Origin: Flaccisagitta enflata
Taxonomy: Eukaryota
Assembly: GCA_965153355.1 (NCBI GenBank)
Contig: OZ231126.1
Location: forward strand, 3,100,001 to 3,164,000
Length of the DNA stretch: 64,000 nt
Direction: 5' to 3'
Part shown: positions 1 through 12,929 of the stretch, in pieces
How the letters are laid out: each line of letters begins with the position of its first letter
Numbering within the stretch: position 1 is the first letter of the stretch
Notes under the pieces: generated by a model
The model's database searches: none
Told to the model about the DNA's origin: nothing
The model's input: the letters and a program-made list of their open reading frames with translations, nothing else
Made by a program: the position numbers and the translations under genes

Positions 1-519
1 TTACAAAATTGATCTACTATCTCTAGAAGCAAAGTTATGTCGTTTTCTTTTGTATCATTTGGCGCGGTATTCCCTGTATTTCCCCCTTTTTTTTCTCAGT
101 CGAAAACTAACTGTTTGGTGACTAGACTTGTCATGTTTTTAGGTGCGACAACGCTCCTCTTTTAAAAATGTCTGTGTCCGTTGGTCGGTCGCTCGGTGGT
201 TTGTCGGGTAACGCATTTGTTCGACGTCGCACGTCGCACCTTATTGGCCTACTTGGCCTGCTTGAACCTATTTGTTACCATTAATGATTTATTACCATTT
301 TTAACATAGTTGCTCACTTTGGCTGCGGCCCCAAAGGGCCCATGTCCTGTAGGACAGGGGCAAATTCCATATATAAATTATATATGTTCTTCCGCACATC
401 TGCCCTCCCCCACCTCATTTAGCCAGAAATTTTAACCCCTATTGAATGACATAGAAAATTGACAAAAACTGAAGAGTACAAAAATTCAAATTTAATAACA
501 TGAAAAAAAGTCAAAAATT

Positions 520-972
520 GCCGCAAAAGCGTTAGATGGTCAGCGGTACCCGTGCCCTGCTTAAGTAGGTTGTGGTTGAAGTTGAGGAGGCAAGAGCAGC
601 GGCCCCCAAAGGAGTCGATGACCTATGCTTTCAAACATATAGGGGATTTTCTCCTCCCTTCTCTATCCCCCTCCTCCTTCTCCACCTCCCTCCCCAACCT
701 CAGGCCCCTTATCCCAGCCTCTAGGCCCAAATCCCAGTGGAATCTGGGCTTTGGGATTCAGGATTTGGGCCTTGAGGGTCAGTTTGGGCCTCAAGACTGG
801 AATTTGGGCCTCAAGGCTGGGATATGGGTCTCCAGGCTGAAAAATGGGCCTCCTGGCTGAAAAATTGGCCTGGAGGCTGGGGGGAGGCTGGGGGGAGGAG
901 GAGGAGGAGGAGAAGGAAGGAGAAAATTCCCATATGTGTGGCATGGGTCATCAGCCCCTTTGGAGCCACTGT
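520..972 (+). mobile_element. Family A HINE/Helentron-like non-autonomous element, nested in a related element (~318-1178)
   Basis: GCAAAAGCGTTAGATGGTCAGCGGTACCCGTGCCCTG head, subterminal inverted repeats and inverted ~21-bp GGCCCAAATCCCAGCCTC arrays. Relatives at about 5158-5990, 28158-30423, 29304-29707, 38176, 41780-42290 and 50770-52278. Confidence 0.7.
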
Positions 973-1229
973 TAACTAGAAAAATCCCCATTAAATAACA
1001 TGAAAAATTGACAGAAAATGCATAAATTCCCATTGAATAACTTGGAAAATATATAAAAAATGAAAAAAATCCATTAAATAACATAAACCGCTGTCCTGCT
1101 TACTCTCAACTTTCATTAAATCACTCCCAGCAAGGCATCGGGTACCACTGGCAATGTGCGATCCTTGGATGATTACTTTCCATTATTCGCTCATTTTTTG
1201 TTCATTTTTTGTAATCTCTTTTTAAGCTA

Positions 1230-2423
1230 CAGTAGATGTCGTCTAGACTTGGAAACACAGAATTCATTTACAGGAAGATAAAAAAAAGTTAAGAAGTGCA
1301 AATATTTGGAATATAAACTAATAAAGGATGCTTTATTGCCCAGGGGTGTTGGTTGCCATGGAAACACATTTCCATGTATTTACGCTAAAGTATCAATTTT
1401 TTGAGAAATTTTTAGAGGGAACATTGTTTCAAATAAAATTTTCCACAACTTTCCCTGAATATGTTCTGTAAGAATATCGCTGGTTGGCGGTTGCTGTTAG
1501 GGAGCATCACAGGGCTGTCACACATGTTGCCTCCCTAGCAGCGGCTAAGCAGGCATGTTCTTGCAGAACATACTGTGGGAAAGTTGAATAAAATTTTATT
1601 TTAAGCAATATTTTCTTTTTTTTTCTACTGCAAATGGAAAGGTAAAGGCAACATGTAAGCAGCAGACCAAAACTGATCTTGGATAGTTGCAATACACAGT
1701 GACAACATGAGCAATGTTAATCAACATTTCAATAACAACACAGATGAATGTTACAGAGAGCAAAAAAGCTTTCGCGCAGTGATACAGGATACGGCATGTC
1801 GCATGAGAAGTAATCTTTGCTGTACAGTCATTCAGTGTATATTTTTCTTTTGTTTTCTTTTTTGTTTTTTTTTGTTTTGTTTTGTTTTGTTTTTTTTGTT
1901 TTGTTTTGTTTTTTTGCGACAGCGGACAATAATAATTTAGGTTATGAATGTCACAGCCTAATAATGGGAAGCGAACCGGAAGCAATAAACTATAATTCGC
2001 CAGAAGTTTTCAGATGAGCCAAGAGAAAAAAAGCCCGAAGTTACTGGCCCACGTTGCTTGGCTTCCTATTGAGCACAGACCCGGCAGTTGCTCTTCCGAC
2101 AGACAAACTACGCATACTCCGAGAGAAACCCCCCCTTTGAGCCCCTCCTGAGGGCCCCCACCAAGGTGGCCCCCCCTCAGCCCCTCCGGCACTGTAGCCC
2201 ACTCCTTGGGCACCCTGTAACCCACCGTTGTTCCCTAAAAAAAATTCTCAAAATATTGATACTTTAGCGTGAATACATGAAAATGTGTTTCCATGGCAAC
2301 CAACACCCCATGGGCAATAAAGCATCCTTTTATTAATCTATATTCCAAATATCACTCTTTTAACTTTATTTGTCCTCATGTAATGAATTCCCCTGTATTT
2401 CCAAGTCTAGACGACATCTACTG
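1230..2423. mobile_element. Tc1/mariner-type non-autonomous element with ~200-bp inverted arms
   Basis: TA|CAGTAGATGTCGTCTAGACTTGGAAA ... TTTCCAAGTCTAGACGACATCTACTG|TA; the arms at about 1320-1424 and 2228-2352 are also complementary. Confidence 0.85.
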
Positions 2424-3116
2424 TATCTTGAAGCTATTTAATGACACCAGTGGTTGTGAAAGGCTGGTTATCTTCTTCACATATTTAAATAGAGATAAAA
2501 AGTTTGTTCATTCAATGATATTTTTATGAGATTATTACCAAAAAAATCTAGATAATAATAATCCAGATAACGATAATAATCTAGATAATTTTCTCGCTGA
2601 TTTAGCAATTTGTGGGGCCTGAACTAGCGAATTTTAAAAATTATACGCCAGAGTTCCCACCAGAGCAGTCACAACCGGCAGTTAGAGCGTGATGTGCGTC
2701 AAGGGGTCCTGCTGTTGCAAAGCGCGCGTCGGGTACTTCCTAATCCTAATGCGCTGCGTTCAGCGGCAATTTATTGATCCAAATTTGGATTGAAACACTC
2801 ATTTTTCCCCTTCGAAAATCTACGGACGAATGTTTTTGATGCCGGAAGTGTATCAATGAGGTTTCTTTTTAGTCGCGGACTAGCGACTCTATAAGAGGCT
2901 TTGTCCGTCCGTCCGTCTGTCGGTAATGATCGAGTTCGAAAGTACGAAAACGCGCATTTCCGCCCCTGCCCACCCGTCCGCGACTGGTATTGGCCGTGTA
3001 TCCGGCCTTGTTGTCCGAAAATTAAAAAGCAAAATCTCCCTTCATCATCCATGCAAAATCTCTCTTCATCGACATCATCCATGCAAAATCTCTCTTCATC
3101 ATCCATGCACCGACAG

Positions 3117-3293
3117 GCGTAACGTTGGAGCACAACGTCCCCATGCAAATGATAACCTACCGAAACAACTTCCCCGATCAAGTGTGGAACTTCCACGATT
3201 TCGATTCGGAGAAAATCTCCATTCTTAACTTTGATATTCAAAGTTGTTTTCGCGCCTTCCCAGTCAGAAAACACTTCCAATTTTCCATCGCTG
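3117..3293 (+). CDS. Internal exon (first visible) of a spliced cell-surface protein; upstream exons not identified
   Basis: acag|GC acceptor and G|gtaact donor, phase 1-1, 177 nt. Encodes VTLEHNVPMQMITYRNNFPDQVWNFHDFDSEKISILNFDIQSCFRAFPVRKHFQFSIA and splices in frame to the next three exons. Confidence 0.8.
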
Positions 3294-3470
3294 GTAACTA
3301 CTTCGACAAATAGATGATGCCGCACACTTAAGCGATGATCGCATCTTCCCTCAGATTTAACATACATGGATAACTCAGGACTGATGTTATTCAGTCATCA
3401 TGAATGAGCTCATCGCAGTCCACTTACCCCGGATACAATATTGGTCTCATGAAACGAACCTTAAAATATA

Positions 3471-4002
3471 CAGTAGACTTATAACGGGGGCAAGCATTAT
3501 GGAAAAACAAATAAAGGAAGGGGACTGATATTTGAAACTTAAAAAAATAATTTATTACCCATAATGGTCGGTTGCCATAGAAAGAGGTTACCATAGATTC
3601 CCGCAATAATATCAATATTCTGAGAAATTTTTTAAGGGAACATAGCTTAAAGTTAAATTTGCTAAAACATTCCCATATTGTTCTACAAGAATGCCGCTTG
3701 TATAGCCGTCACAAGGGGTTGTCACACACGGATACGCTCCCTAGCAACAGCTAAACAAGTGATATTCTTACAGAATCTGTTATGGAAAAGTTGTAGCAAA
3801 TCTGATTTTAACCAATGTTCCTTCAAAAAATCCCTCAAAATATTGATATCTTAACGTGAAAACATGGAAATGTGTTTCCACAGCAACCAAAACCCATCAT
3901 CAATAAAGCATCCTTTTAATAATTTATATTCCAAATATCATTATATTTACGTTTTCCTCATGTGAATTTCCCCGCATCTTCAAATCTAGACGACATCTGC
4001 TG
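3471..4002. mobile_element. Degenerate copy of the CAGTAGATGTCGTCTAGA MITE family (intronic)
   Basis: Starts TA|CAGTAGAC, ends TCTAGACGACATCTGCTG, and the interior is similar to 1230-2423. Confidence 0.7.
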
Positions 4003-4101
4003 CAGCAAAAACAATCATTTACCCTTTAGAACCGTAAAGACAGTGACCAACCAGATGCATGTAACCAACAATGTATTAACACCGAGTCAAATACTGTCCA
4101 G

Positions 4102-4290
4102 GTAACGACGGGAAACTTGTCGGTCTCATCGACGACAACATCAACGCCTTCAAGGAGGCCTTGATCGAGTCTATCGGGGTTGTGACGGAAGTCAGACCCG
4201 TTCGTATCTCCAACATTCTCATCGATGACGACGATGAATTCGTCTACGTTCTCTTTTCCATGACAGAAGCTCCCCTGCCAGGCACCGGAG
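4102..4290 (+). CDS. Internal exon, SEA-like domain N-half
   Basis: ccag| acceptor and G|gtaagg donor, phase 1-1, 189 nt. Encodes GNDGKLVGLIDDNINAFKEALIESIGVVTEVRPVRISNILIDDDDEFVYVLFSMTEAPLPGTG. Confidence 0.85.
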
Positions 4291-4405
4291 GTAAGGCGAG
4301 ACACTGTTTCCCATTATGTACGAACGAACGAATAAACAAATGAATGTGCGAACCAACGAACGAATGAATTTGCGTGTTCAATATCTACTGGTACCATTAC
4401 TAATA

Positions 4406-4671
4406 CCGTATTTTCTCTAAAAAGCGCCCCGGGCGCTTTTGATATTGAAATAAAATTTTGCTTTTTAACCTACTAATGAGAGCCCTTTTGATATCATAAA
4501 TGACATTCAATGCATAAAACTGTTTGAAAGTCTCTAAAAATGGTTTCTTGCGTTGTGTTATTCTATCATTTTACTTAGTATTTTTATTCAAACCTTTTTT
4601 AAAAAGTGTAATTCTAAAAAAAAAGGGGGGGGCGCTTTTTGGAGGGGGGGCGCTTTTTAGAGAAAATACGG
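4406..4671. mobile_element. pogo/Tigger-like MITE (CCGTATTT termini)
   Basis: TA|CCGTATTTTCTCTAAAAAGCGCCCC ... GGGGCGCTTTTTAGAGAAAATACGG|TA. Confidence 0.85.
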
Positions 4672-4717
4672 TATATATTGCCACCATAACAGAATAAGAA
4701 TGATCGTTCTCTGTCAG

Positions 4718-4890
4718 GTATTGGACAACTCGGATACCCAGACATACAACTGGCCAACGCCACAGCCAAGTTAGAGGAATCTATCATGGAAGGACAATTT
4801 GTCATGAGACTCGTCATCGAAGATTCAAACTCAATTTTCATCAGTCCAGTCAAAGATAGTCTCGTCGAAACATTTCGCCCCGGGGGCAAG
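4718..4890 (+). CDS. Internal exon, SEA-like domain C-half
   Basis: ctctgtcag| acceptor and AAG|gtgagg donor, phase 1-0, 173 nt. Encodes GIGQLGYPDIQLANATAKLEESIMEGQFVMRLVIEDSNSIFISPVKDSLVETFRPGGK. Confidence 0.85.
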
Positions 4891-6959
4891 GTGAGGTTGC
4901 ATCCATGTAACACTGATTTAGCGCCAACTCCATGGGTGCACGGGGAGGGCCGTCAGGGACGTCGCCCGACGTCCCTGTTTATCAGACTTATACCCCTGCC
5001 AAACTCAAGCCACTAAAAATGATGCCAAAAACTGGAAAAGAATGAGAAAAAAAAAAATAAAAACAGGAAGAGAAAACCAAACTTTGGGGAAGAATGAAAG
5101 AGAATATGTGTTTTCCCTGTCAATTGAGAATATAATTTAAAATTAGAAAAAATAGGAGCCCAAAGGCAATAAGTGGTTAGCGGTACCCGTGCCTTGCTTG
5201 AGGAGAAAGTGATTAAAGTTGAGAGGGAGCAGGGCAGCGGCCCTGAAGGGGATGAAGTCCAGTAGAACACAGGGGGAATCTGTCCATCCTTCCGTCCGTC
5301 CGTCCTTCTGTCTGCCTTCCTTCTGTCCAGGATGCCCTGTTATTCAAATTTTCATTGAATACCATGGAGAAATGACAAAAGGCAGTATATGGACAATGGT
5401 ACCCTTGCCCTTATTGTATAGTTTGTAGGTTAAGTTGAGGGAGGAGCAGGCCAGGATCTGGGTCTCTGAGGCCAGAATCTAGGTCTCAGAGACCAATTTC
5501 TTAGTCTCAGAGGCAAGGATTTCAGTCTCTGAGGCCAGGATTTGGGCCTCTGAGGCTAGGATTTGGGTCTTTGAGGCCAGAACCTAGGTCTTGGAGGTCA
5601 GAATCTGGGTCCCGTAGGTCAGGATCTGGGTCTCTAAGGCTTGGATGTGTGTTTTGGGAGCCAGAATCTAAGTTTAAGGGGCCAAAATGATAGAGCTAAA
5701 GCCAGATTTGGCCCATTTTACCTGGTCATGAGCTATTTTGCCTGGATTTGGCCCATTTTAGCTGGATTTAGGCCATTTCCCCGGGATTTGGCCCATTTTG
5801 ACTGGATTTCGGCCATTTTGCTTGGATTTGGGCCATACAGTTTGGATTTGGGCTCCAATGGGCAGAAGCCCTGAAGGTGGGGTGAGGACGGACGGGCGTA
5901 CAGACATGTGAGCGTGCATGCGGGCGAGACAGAACGAATCTCCCTGTGTTCTACAGGACTTCGTCCCCCTTTAGGGCCGCTGCCCAAAAAACTGAATCAG
6001 TTATTAACCCTGTTGAGCTTGAAGCTCTGTTGGACTTGTAACTGGTTGCTGACGGCCCTTTGAGATTCCACGCCATACACTTATGGCGCCAACTGAAATT
6101 TCCCCAGTTAGTTGACCTCAAGTTTGTATGCATGTGTTGGCACATAAATTGCTGGCACTGTATTAACAAATAGTGTTGGCACATAAATTGCTGGCACTGC
6201 TATTAACAAAAATGCGCGGATGCACACGAGCACGCACACTTTCGACACCAATATAATCAGTGCTATTTCTAAAATTTTTTTTGTCATAGTCACAAGCCTG
6301 GTCGGTCTATTGAGTTATTCAAAAGAAGTGATGCCTAGTAGGACTTCGCAGGTGGATGTGTTAGCAGCTGCATACGTTTGTTCGTTTTTGCCTTATCCAT
6401 TTCCTTTTTTGTGAAACGTGACATTTGTCGACTTAAGTTAAAACTATTATCTAGCTCAAGAGTATAGACACAAGATCGGTATTTATTTATTCAATAAGTC
6501 ATGCATAATTCCGGAATATGATTAGTACTTGACTTACCGACGGACACAGCGATGTATGGCAGCTTAGAGCCTAGGGATTTCAAAGCCAATTCCAAGCACG
6601 ACAGCAAATCTAAGCACGACGGCCTTTTAATTGATTTTCTATGATTCCTATGCTTTTTAAGCCAATGGTAGACAAAAAGTAAGAAGAGTGATTCTCATCT
6701 AGATGGGTATTTCTTGATGAAATAGATCTGTTTTTTTATTGATTCATACAATTTAATGTATGGTGCAAAAAAAAAAATCTAAAAAAAACTGTATAGCAGG
6801 GAGAGGCAAGGCATACTAATGATCAGCACATATCAATCAAGCCCTGGCCTCATTTTGTTTTGCAAACTCGTTTATTATTCCCCCCCAAAGGATTTGATTT
6901 AGTAAATTACTTTGTTATTTTTATCTGTCTGTCTGCATATTTGTTTGCGTGTCTGTCAG

Positions 6960-7004
<45 letters not shown>

Positions 7005-7293
7005 TTTCACCCTTCCTTCAAAATTTTTCTGCAACACATTTTCAAGACCGACATGCTTTCAAGCCCGACGGCAGGGACGTCACGTGATGTCCCTGAAGTC
7101 CCTTCCCATACATCGCTGGACGGACATGACCTTTTATAGAAGTGCGAGGAAGCACTTAAAAACATATTACTGTAAGTAGGGACAGGACGCGATGTTGCCC
7201 CATTGGTACTGTTTTGTAATTCAATTGCGTCTGTAGACAAGACATGAAATGGTGGATCAAACAATTCATGGAGTGTATGTTGAATTGTCGCAG

Positions 7294-7512
7294 GTGCCAT
7301 CAACGCCAACCGCCCCACCGGTGACTGACTCTACAATCTCAACCACAAGTTCAAAGCCGACGCCAACCGCCCCACCAGTGACTGACTCTACGGCCTCACC
7401 CACAAGTCCAAAGCCGACGTTTCCGTCAAGTTTGCAAAACGGCATAACAATGTCTGTCCCAACACTTCTTGCCTTGCTTCTTATGGCTCCCATTTTTACC
7501 GCCGGTCAGTAG
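7294..7512 (+). CDS. Terminal exon: Ser/Thr/Pro mucin-like stalk plus hydrophobic GPI-signal-like C-terminus
   Basis: gtcgcag| acceptor, phase 0 matches the previous exon. Encodes VPSTPTAPPVTDST...PTLLALLLMAPIFTAGQ*, with the motif TPTAPPVTDST present twice. Confidence 0.8.
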   Translation: MPSTPTAPPVTDSTISTTSSKPTPTAPPVTDSTASPTSPKPTFPSSLQNGITMSVPTLLALLLMAPIFTAGQ

Positions 7513-7998
7513 CTTTTCTTTAAAGAATGTCTAATTTGTATATCTTTCCAATTTGATTTATAGTCGCGGGCAGGCGACTACACATCTTGCTTATTTGGTC
7601 AATCCGCCCATCCGTAATATCTTTGAATTGCAAGTGAGTTTCGCATTATTGCCCGCGACGGGATTGCCATGTATCCGGCCTTGATACCATATTACCTGCC
7701 TTACCAAGTAAGGACGTACAGGATTTTCTGAAATTGTTAACCTCTGCTCAGGTCTAACTGTTGCAGTGATTTTCACGGTTATCCGCCGTTTCTCGGCACT
7801 GCCAAGATGACTTCTATCTCTTCCAAAACGATATACAGAGCCAGGTCATTGTGAAGGAGAGACGAAGGGGACACTACTCCATTTGATCAAATTCCAAACG
7901 ATCTCGATAATCTAATTATAAAAAGTGTGTGTATTCAAAGGCACTGTCTGCGTTATCTTTTGAAGTTGTCTACTTCTAGAAATTGTTTTCGATGTTTT

Positions 7999-8004
7999 AA
8001 TAAA
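7999..8004 (+). terminator. Candidate polyadenylation signal of the surface-protein gene
   Basis: AATAAA about 490 nt downstream of the stop codon at 7512. Confidence 0.4.
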
Positions 8005-8561
8005 ATCCAACATGTATGAAGCTGACAACAAGTAAACATGATCAAAATTCTCAAACAAAATGTTATGAAATATGCGTTGCAATAGTTGTGTTGTTTTTGT
8101 ACGCAGCGTCGAGGTTAATTGGAAAAAGTAATTCGACTTTTTGAAACATTTTTTGATTTGTTTTTGTTGGAGAAATCTGGTTATTCATTTTCGATTTGAG
8201 GCACTTGGGAAAGTTGGGAAAGTTATATCTTGCCTGCGATAATACAAGTTTAGTTGAGGGCAGCGATGTATAGCAGCTTGAAGGTTAAGGACTTCACAGC
8301 TAATTCCAAGCACGAAAGCAAATCTAAGCATAATAGCTTTTTAATTGATTTTCTATGATTCATATGCATTCTAAGCCAATACTAAACAAAAAGTAACAAA
8401 TAAAAGAGTGATTCTCATCTAGACTGTTATTTCTTTATTAGATAGAGCTGTTTTTGATTGATTCATACAATTAAGTGCATAGTGCAAAAAAGGTATCTAG
8501 AAAAATTGTTAAGCAAGTAGATCAATATCAGAAATATTTGTATGACCAGCACTCTTAGATC

Positions 8562-8697
8562 TAGGGATGTGGAAGCGATTGACCGCTTCCATTTTGGAGG
8601 ATGGGATAGCTACTAGTATTTGAACTACAAAATGGAAGCGGACGCGGAAGCGGAAGCGGCGGAAGTGGCACTAAAATCGACCGCTTCCACATCCCTA
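8562..8697. mobile_element. hAT-type MITE with perfect 8-bp TSD
   Basis: TIRs TAGGGATGTGGAAGCG/CGCTTCCACATCCCTA, with TSD CTTAGATC on both sides (8554-8561, 8698-8705). Relatives lie at 28958-29091 and about 15697-15975, the latter with (GCGGAA)n expanded. Confidence 0.9.
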
Positions 8698-8933
8698 CTT
8701 AGATCCAATCAAAATATAAACACGGAATTAGATTGAAATGAACATATACTGAACGTGATGAAGACGTATGTTGGATTTTAAATTCATACCATTTGATGTG
8801 TGTCCATCTCTGTTCTCCATATTCTTTCAATTCTTGGAGATTTTTCGTGAATAACTTCTTTCCCTTTGGCTTCATACGCGAGGCAGCTGGAAAACAACAC
8901 CGAATACACGGCTATCTCAGTTGCACATGACTG

Positions 8934-9005
<72 letters not shown>

Positions 9006-9602
9006 TGCTTGCGTGCTGATTGCGTGCGTATGTGTGTTTCAACTTTCAACGCATGACAAACTGCATGATTATAAGAAAAGTCAAATCACCATCGGTCGTG
9101 CGGTCATCGCCCAAATTTGGAGCGAGGGAGTTTCCATCGACGAGTGAATGAGCTCGCTCAGCCACCTCATCATGGACTTCTGATTGAGCTGGCTCAGCCA
9201 CCTCATCATTGATATGCAGATGAAACATCCCAAATACTCCCATGAAACTGAGGAAGTAAAAAACAAGGAACACTGGGTTACATTATTGTTGTTGACAGGT
9301 GGGCAGGGGCTCATAGCCCGCCTCCACACCCACAAATACACGCAAGAAATGCGCGTTTCTACACCAATTGACTTATTCATCATGAATAATTGAATCAACG
9401 GACTGACAGACTGACCAACGGACAGCTGAATGGACCGACCGACGGACAAAGCCTCTTGTAGAGTCACAATTTCGCGACTGAAAACAGAGTAGAGACATGT
9501 TCATACATGTATTGCGAGGAGAAAAAAATTTTCATTTGGGTAATACATTTACAGTGGAGCACCGCTAGAGCGCACCCGCTAATAAGGCATACCCGCCTAT
9601 AA

Positions 9603-10152
9603 TGGGGGGGTCGGTATCAACCTACTTTGGAAATGCCAATCGGACATATCCATTACAGTTTTTCCTGTCTGGCTGGCTGAAACCGGAAGTAAACAAAGCT
9701 AACTAGCTCATAGAGCAAAAATGCTCGTACCGTTCTCCGAACGGACTTATGCATTTTCAATGAAATTTGTCCTACTTAGAATAAAGCGTCCTCTGTCGTT
9801 CCTATTTATGAATTATGACTGTAAACTATTCAGACATTAACTGAGGGCGTTTCTGCCCACATTGACAACACACTGACGTGCACAACTGTGTGCATACAGA
9901 CACTCGATCGAGGACGCTTGAGTGATAAGTTTTGTTTCGTCACATTCGGGACGAAACCCCTCTGACTGCATTTAATAAGCAATTTTCATGAGAAAAGAAA
10001 AAAAAACAAGATGTCGATCATAAATCATTTCAAAAGAACAAAATATTCGTAATAAAAAGTATAAATCAATCAAATGAATCACAAGCTTTTGCAAATTAAA
10101 TGGCGACTCAAGCCAATCTCAATCTATCAATGACCACCACTATCACTGCTCT

Positions 10153-10207
<55 letters not shown>

Positions 10208-10591
10208 TTGTTGTTGTTGTCTGTGGTCGTAGCTGTTGTCTATTGCAAGTTGGTTGGAAGTAGTGGATGCCCCCTCCTTGCAATCATTTTTTCATGCGTA
10301 GCTCCGGATGTAATGGTTTGTTGGGTGTCAATAATTGTTGGTGTTGTTGCTGAGTCACAGTGGCTCCGTTGTAGCTGCTGTTGCCAAGAATCCAGCGCCG
10401 CGAGCTCAAGTAAAGCTGCTTCAGTTGCTCTAAATGGTCCTTTGTCGTGAACATCACCCAAATTTTGTCCATACAGTCTCGCTCTTTAAATCGACTAATT
10501 CCTCCAGCTGATAAATTAGGAAGATGAATGAGAAGTGTTGCATGTTGTGCGTATGTCTCTCTCGTTTTTTTTACCTTTCTTTCTTTCTCTC

Positions 10592-10640
<49 letters not shown>

Positions 10641-10759
10641 GAGTCAGAGACACAGACATACAACAGGAGCACAGACACACGCACGAGCGCGTGCACATAC
10701 CCACACACACACACGCATGGAACTTGAATCGTATACTAATTACTATGTAGGAACACACA

Positions 10760-10790
<31 letters not shown>

Positions 10791-11000
10791 GTGCATGCAC
10801 AGACGCACGCATGCACATACACCTGAACACCTTTAGCTGGAATTGCCGGGAGGCCGACGCCCGACGAATGTTGCCCCGGTTGCTGCTATGTTCATGAAAT
10901 TTTCCAACTTCCTTTCTCCATCTAACAAATGAAAATGTTGAATATTGACGAGTGTTGTACGTATGCATAAATATCATTTCTAACATGCAATTTTTCATCG

Positions 11001-11068
<68 letters not shown>

Positions 11069-11831
11069 CTCTCTCTCGCACGCACGCACGCACGCACGCA
11101 CGCATGCCCACACAAGCATGCACACACAAGCAAGCACACACAAGCACGCACACACAAGCACGCACACAGACAAGCAAAAACACGCGCATAAGCGTGCTTG
11201 AGCACGCATATGTACACGCATACCGTATTTCCTATAATTAGCGCCCCTCCTCTAATTAGAGCCCCCCCCCTCATTTGATAAAGTTAATTTCATTTCCAAG
11301 AAACTTCTTGATTATTCTTAGCTTTAGAAATATCAGGTTTTCAATGTTTTTTTATCTTTTTTTTGCTTGTTTTGCATTTTGCCTACTTCCTTTGTAGATC
11401 TTTCATTTGAATGCACATTCCATATGTATTTTAACCAATATTTACTGTTTAATTCTATTATTCAACATTTTATTCTCTTTCACACACTGAAGAGGGGGCG
11501 TTAATTAGAAGGTAGAAAGGCAATGTCATTTTTGAATTTTGCAAGCGCCCCGGGCGCTAATTAGAAGAAATACGGTATATACATGCATATGTTCACGCGC
11601 CTGAACGGTCTAGCAAGTCTCCTACCTTTTATCTTTTCTCCTTGGCATTCGTTTGCTCGAGTCTTCCGTTCAATTGTGACGCACATCCCGCGGCTACTTT
11701 TTTCCTCCGAGCAATGACGGTACCTAGCGGAGATATTGTAACATGACACAAATTCGTTCGTATCAGCGTTTATCTTTCAGTTTGCAATTGCATGCCCGTG
11801 TCTGTCTCTTTGAGCGCTCTCTCTCTCTCTA

Positions 11832-11930
<99 letters not shown>

Positions 11931-12644
11931 CTCTCTCTCTGGCTCTCTCTCTCTCTCATTATTGTCAATTTCGCGTATCATAATTGTTGTGTTTTGTTAC
12001 CGGCGATGAGCGCAGCCGGTGGTGATTTCTGATGACTTCCGCAGGCCAAGAATACAGTTTGGAGCCGCAAAACAGTGTAATTAGCTTTCAGTTTCGTCAA
12101 TCCATGGTTGGCCAGAGAGTCAATGTCCCTTCGATACGACTTTCTTCTTCAAAATGTCGCTTGAGCCCAATGCGACGGTATATGAGTGAAGTTTGTTTTT
12201 TGTAGAATACGGGAGTCTTAACAGGAGAATTCCAGACCAGTTATTTTCTTAAGAAAAAAAATAAAAACTTCTTCGCGTGTCCTGGCGGACCGAGATTAGT
12301 CAACAAGCAGCAAAAGTAAGGCGATCATGTTCTGGCCCTTGTTTACCGATATGCACCACACCATGCGCAATCACAAAACAACCTGAGAACTAGAAGGAAA
12401 AGTTCATGAGATTTTATCATCTATAGTCGTGCCAACCCTACCTTTCCCATAGTAAAGTATAGGAGCTTCCTCTTCCTCTTCCTTCTCCCTATTCATTACA
12501 ATGTAAATAAGTGGTGTGGCACGACTGTAAATGATATGGTGTGACTCCTTTTTCCTTTCAAATGTGTTTATATATCGTTTTTGTGCACACTTTGGTCATA
12601 TGTCCGACTGGCATTTCCAAAGTTCGTTGTTACCGACCCCCCCA
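9603..12644. mobile_element. 3.0-kb TIR element with 8-bp TSD (hAT/P-like) carrying exon-like cargo
   Basis: ~45-bp imperfect TIRs TGGGGGGGTCGGTATCAAC...TTTGGAAATGCCAATCGGACATAT, with perfect TSD GCCTATAA (9595-9602, 12645-12652). Confidence 0.88.
11223..11575. mobile_element. pogo/Tigger-like MITE nested in the 3-kb element
   Basis: TA|CCGTATTTCCTATAATTAGCGCCC ... GGGCGCTAATTAGAAGAAATACGG|TA. Confidence 0.85.
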
Positions 12645-12896
12645 GCCTATAAGGCAATTAACTTACTGTCCCATGAGAGATTTTGTTATTTCTATACTGG
12701 CAATAAGGCAGCTTCACTAAAAGGCATAATTTTGCTCAGTCCCTTGAAATGCGGTCTAGTGAAGCGCAACTGTATGACTTTGCAGTTATAGAACGATATG
12801 CTTCGGCTTATAATCATTGATACAAAATAACCGCGTTATCTGCTAAATCATAAAGTCAAAACATTTGCGCATGGATGTCATTTCTTCTTATTTTTA

Positions 12897-12929
<33 letters not shown>

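Larger units (their letters stand above)
6547..8510. repeat. Two ~240-bp direct copies of a dispersed repeat (about 6547-6790 and 8261-8510) flanking the terminal exon
   Basis: Both read CAGCGATGTAT.GCAGCTT...AATTCCAAGCACGA.AGCAAATCTAAGCA...GAGTGATTCTCATCTAGA. Confidence 0.8.
9552..12772. mobile_element. TA-flanked MITE split by a 3-kb insertion
   Basis: TA|CAGTGGAGCACCGCTAGA ... TCTAGTGAAGCGCAACTG|TA; the two halves rejoin at the duplicated GCCTATAA. Confidence 0.65.

Noticed and set aside
2771-3367. 198-aa minus-strand ORF
   Set aside because: It is antisense to a well-supported + strand exon and runs through a family B repeat and a short tandem duplication.
4100-4107. Three consecutive exons begin with GT (AG|GT), suggesting recursive splicing
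   Set aside because: AG|GT is a common exon-start context and the introns are short; there is no additional support.
4954-4977. 24-bp palindrome CAGGGACGTCG-CC-CGACGTCCCTG, similar to 7072-7095, as a possible minimal transposon
   Set aside because: No TSD; more likely an internal motif of degenerate repeats.
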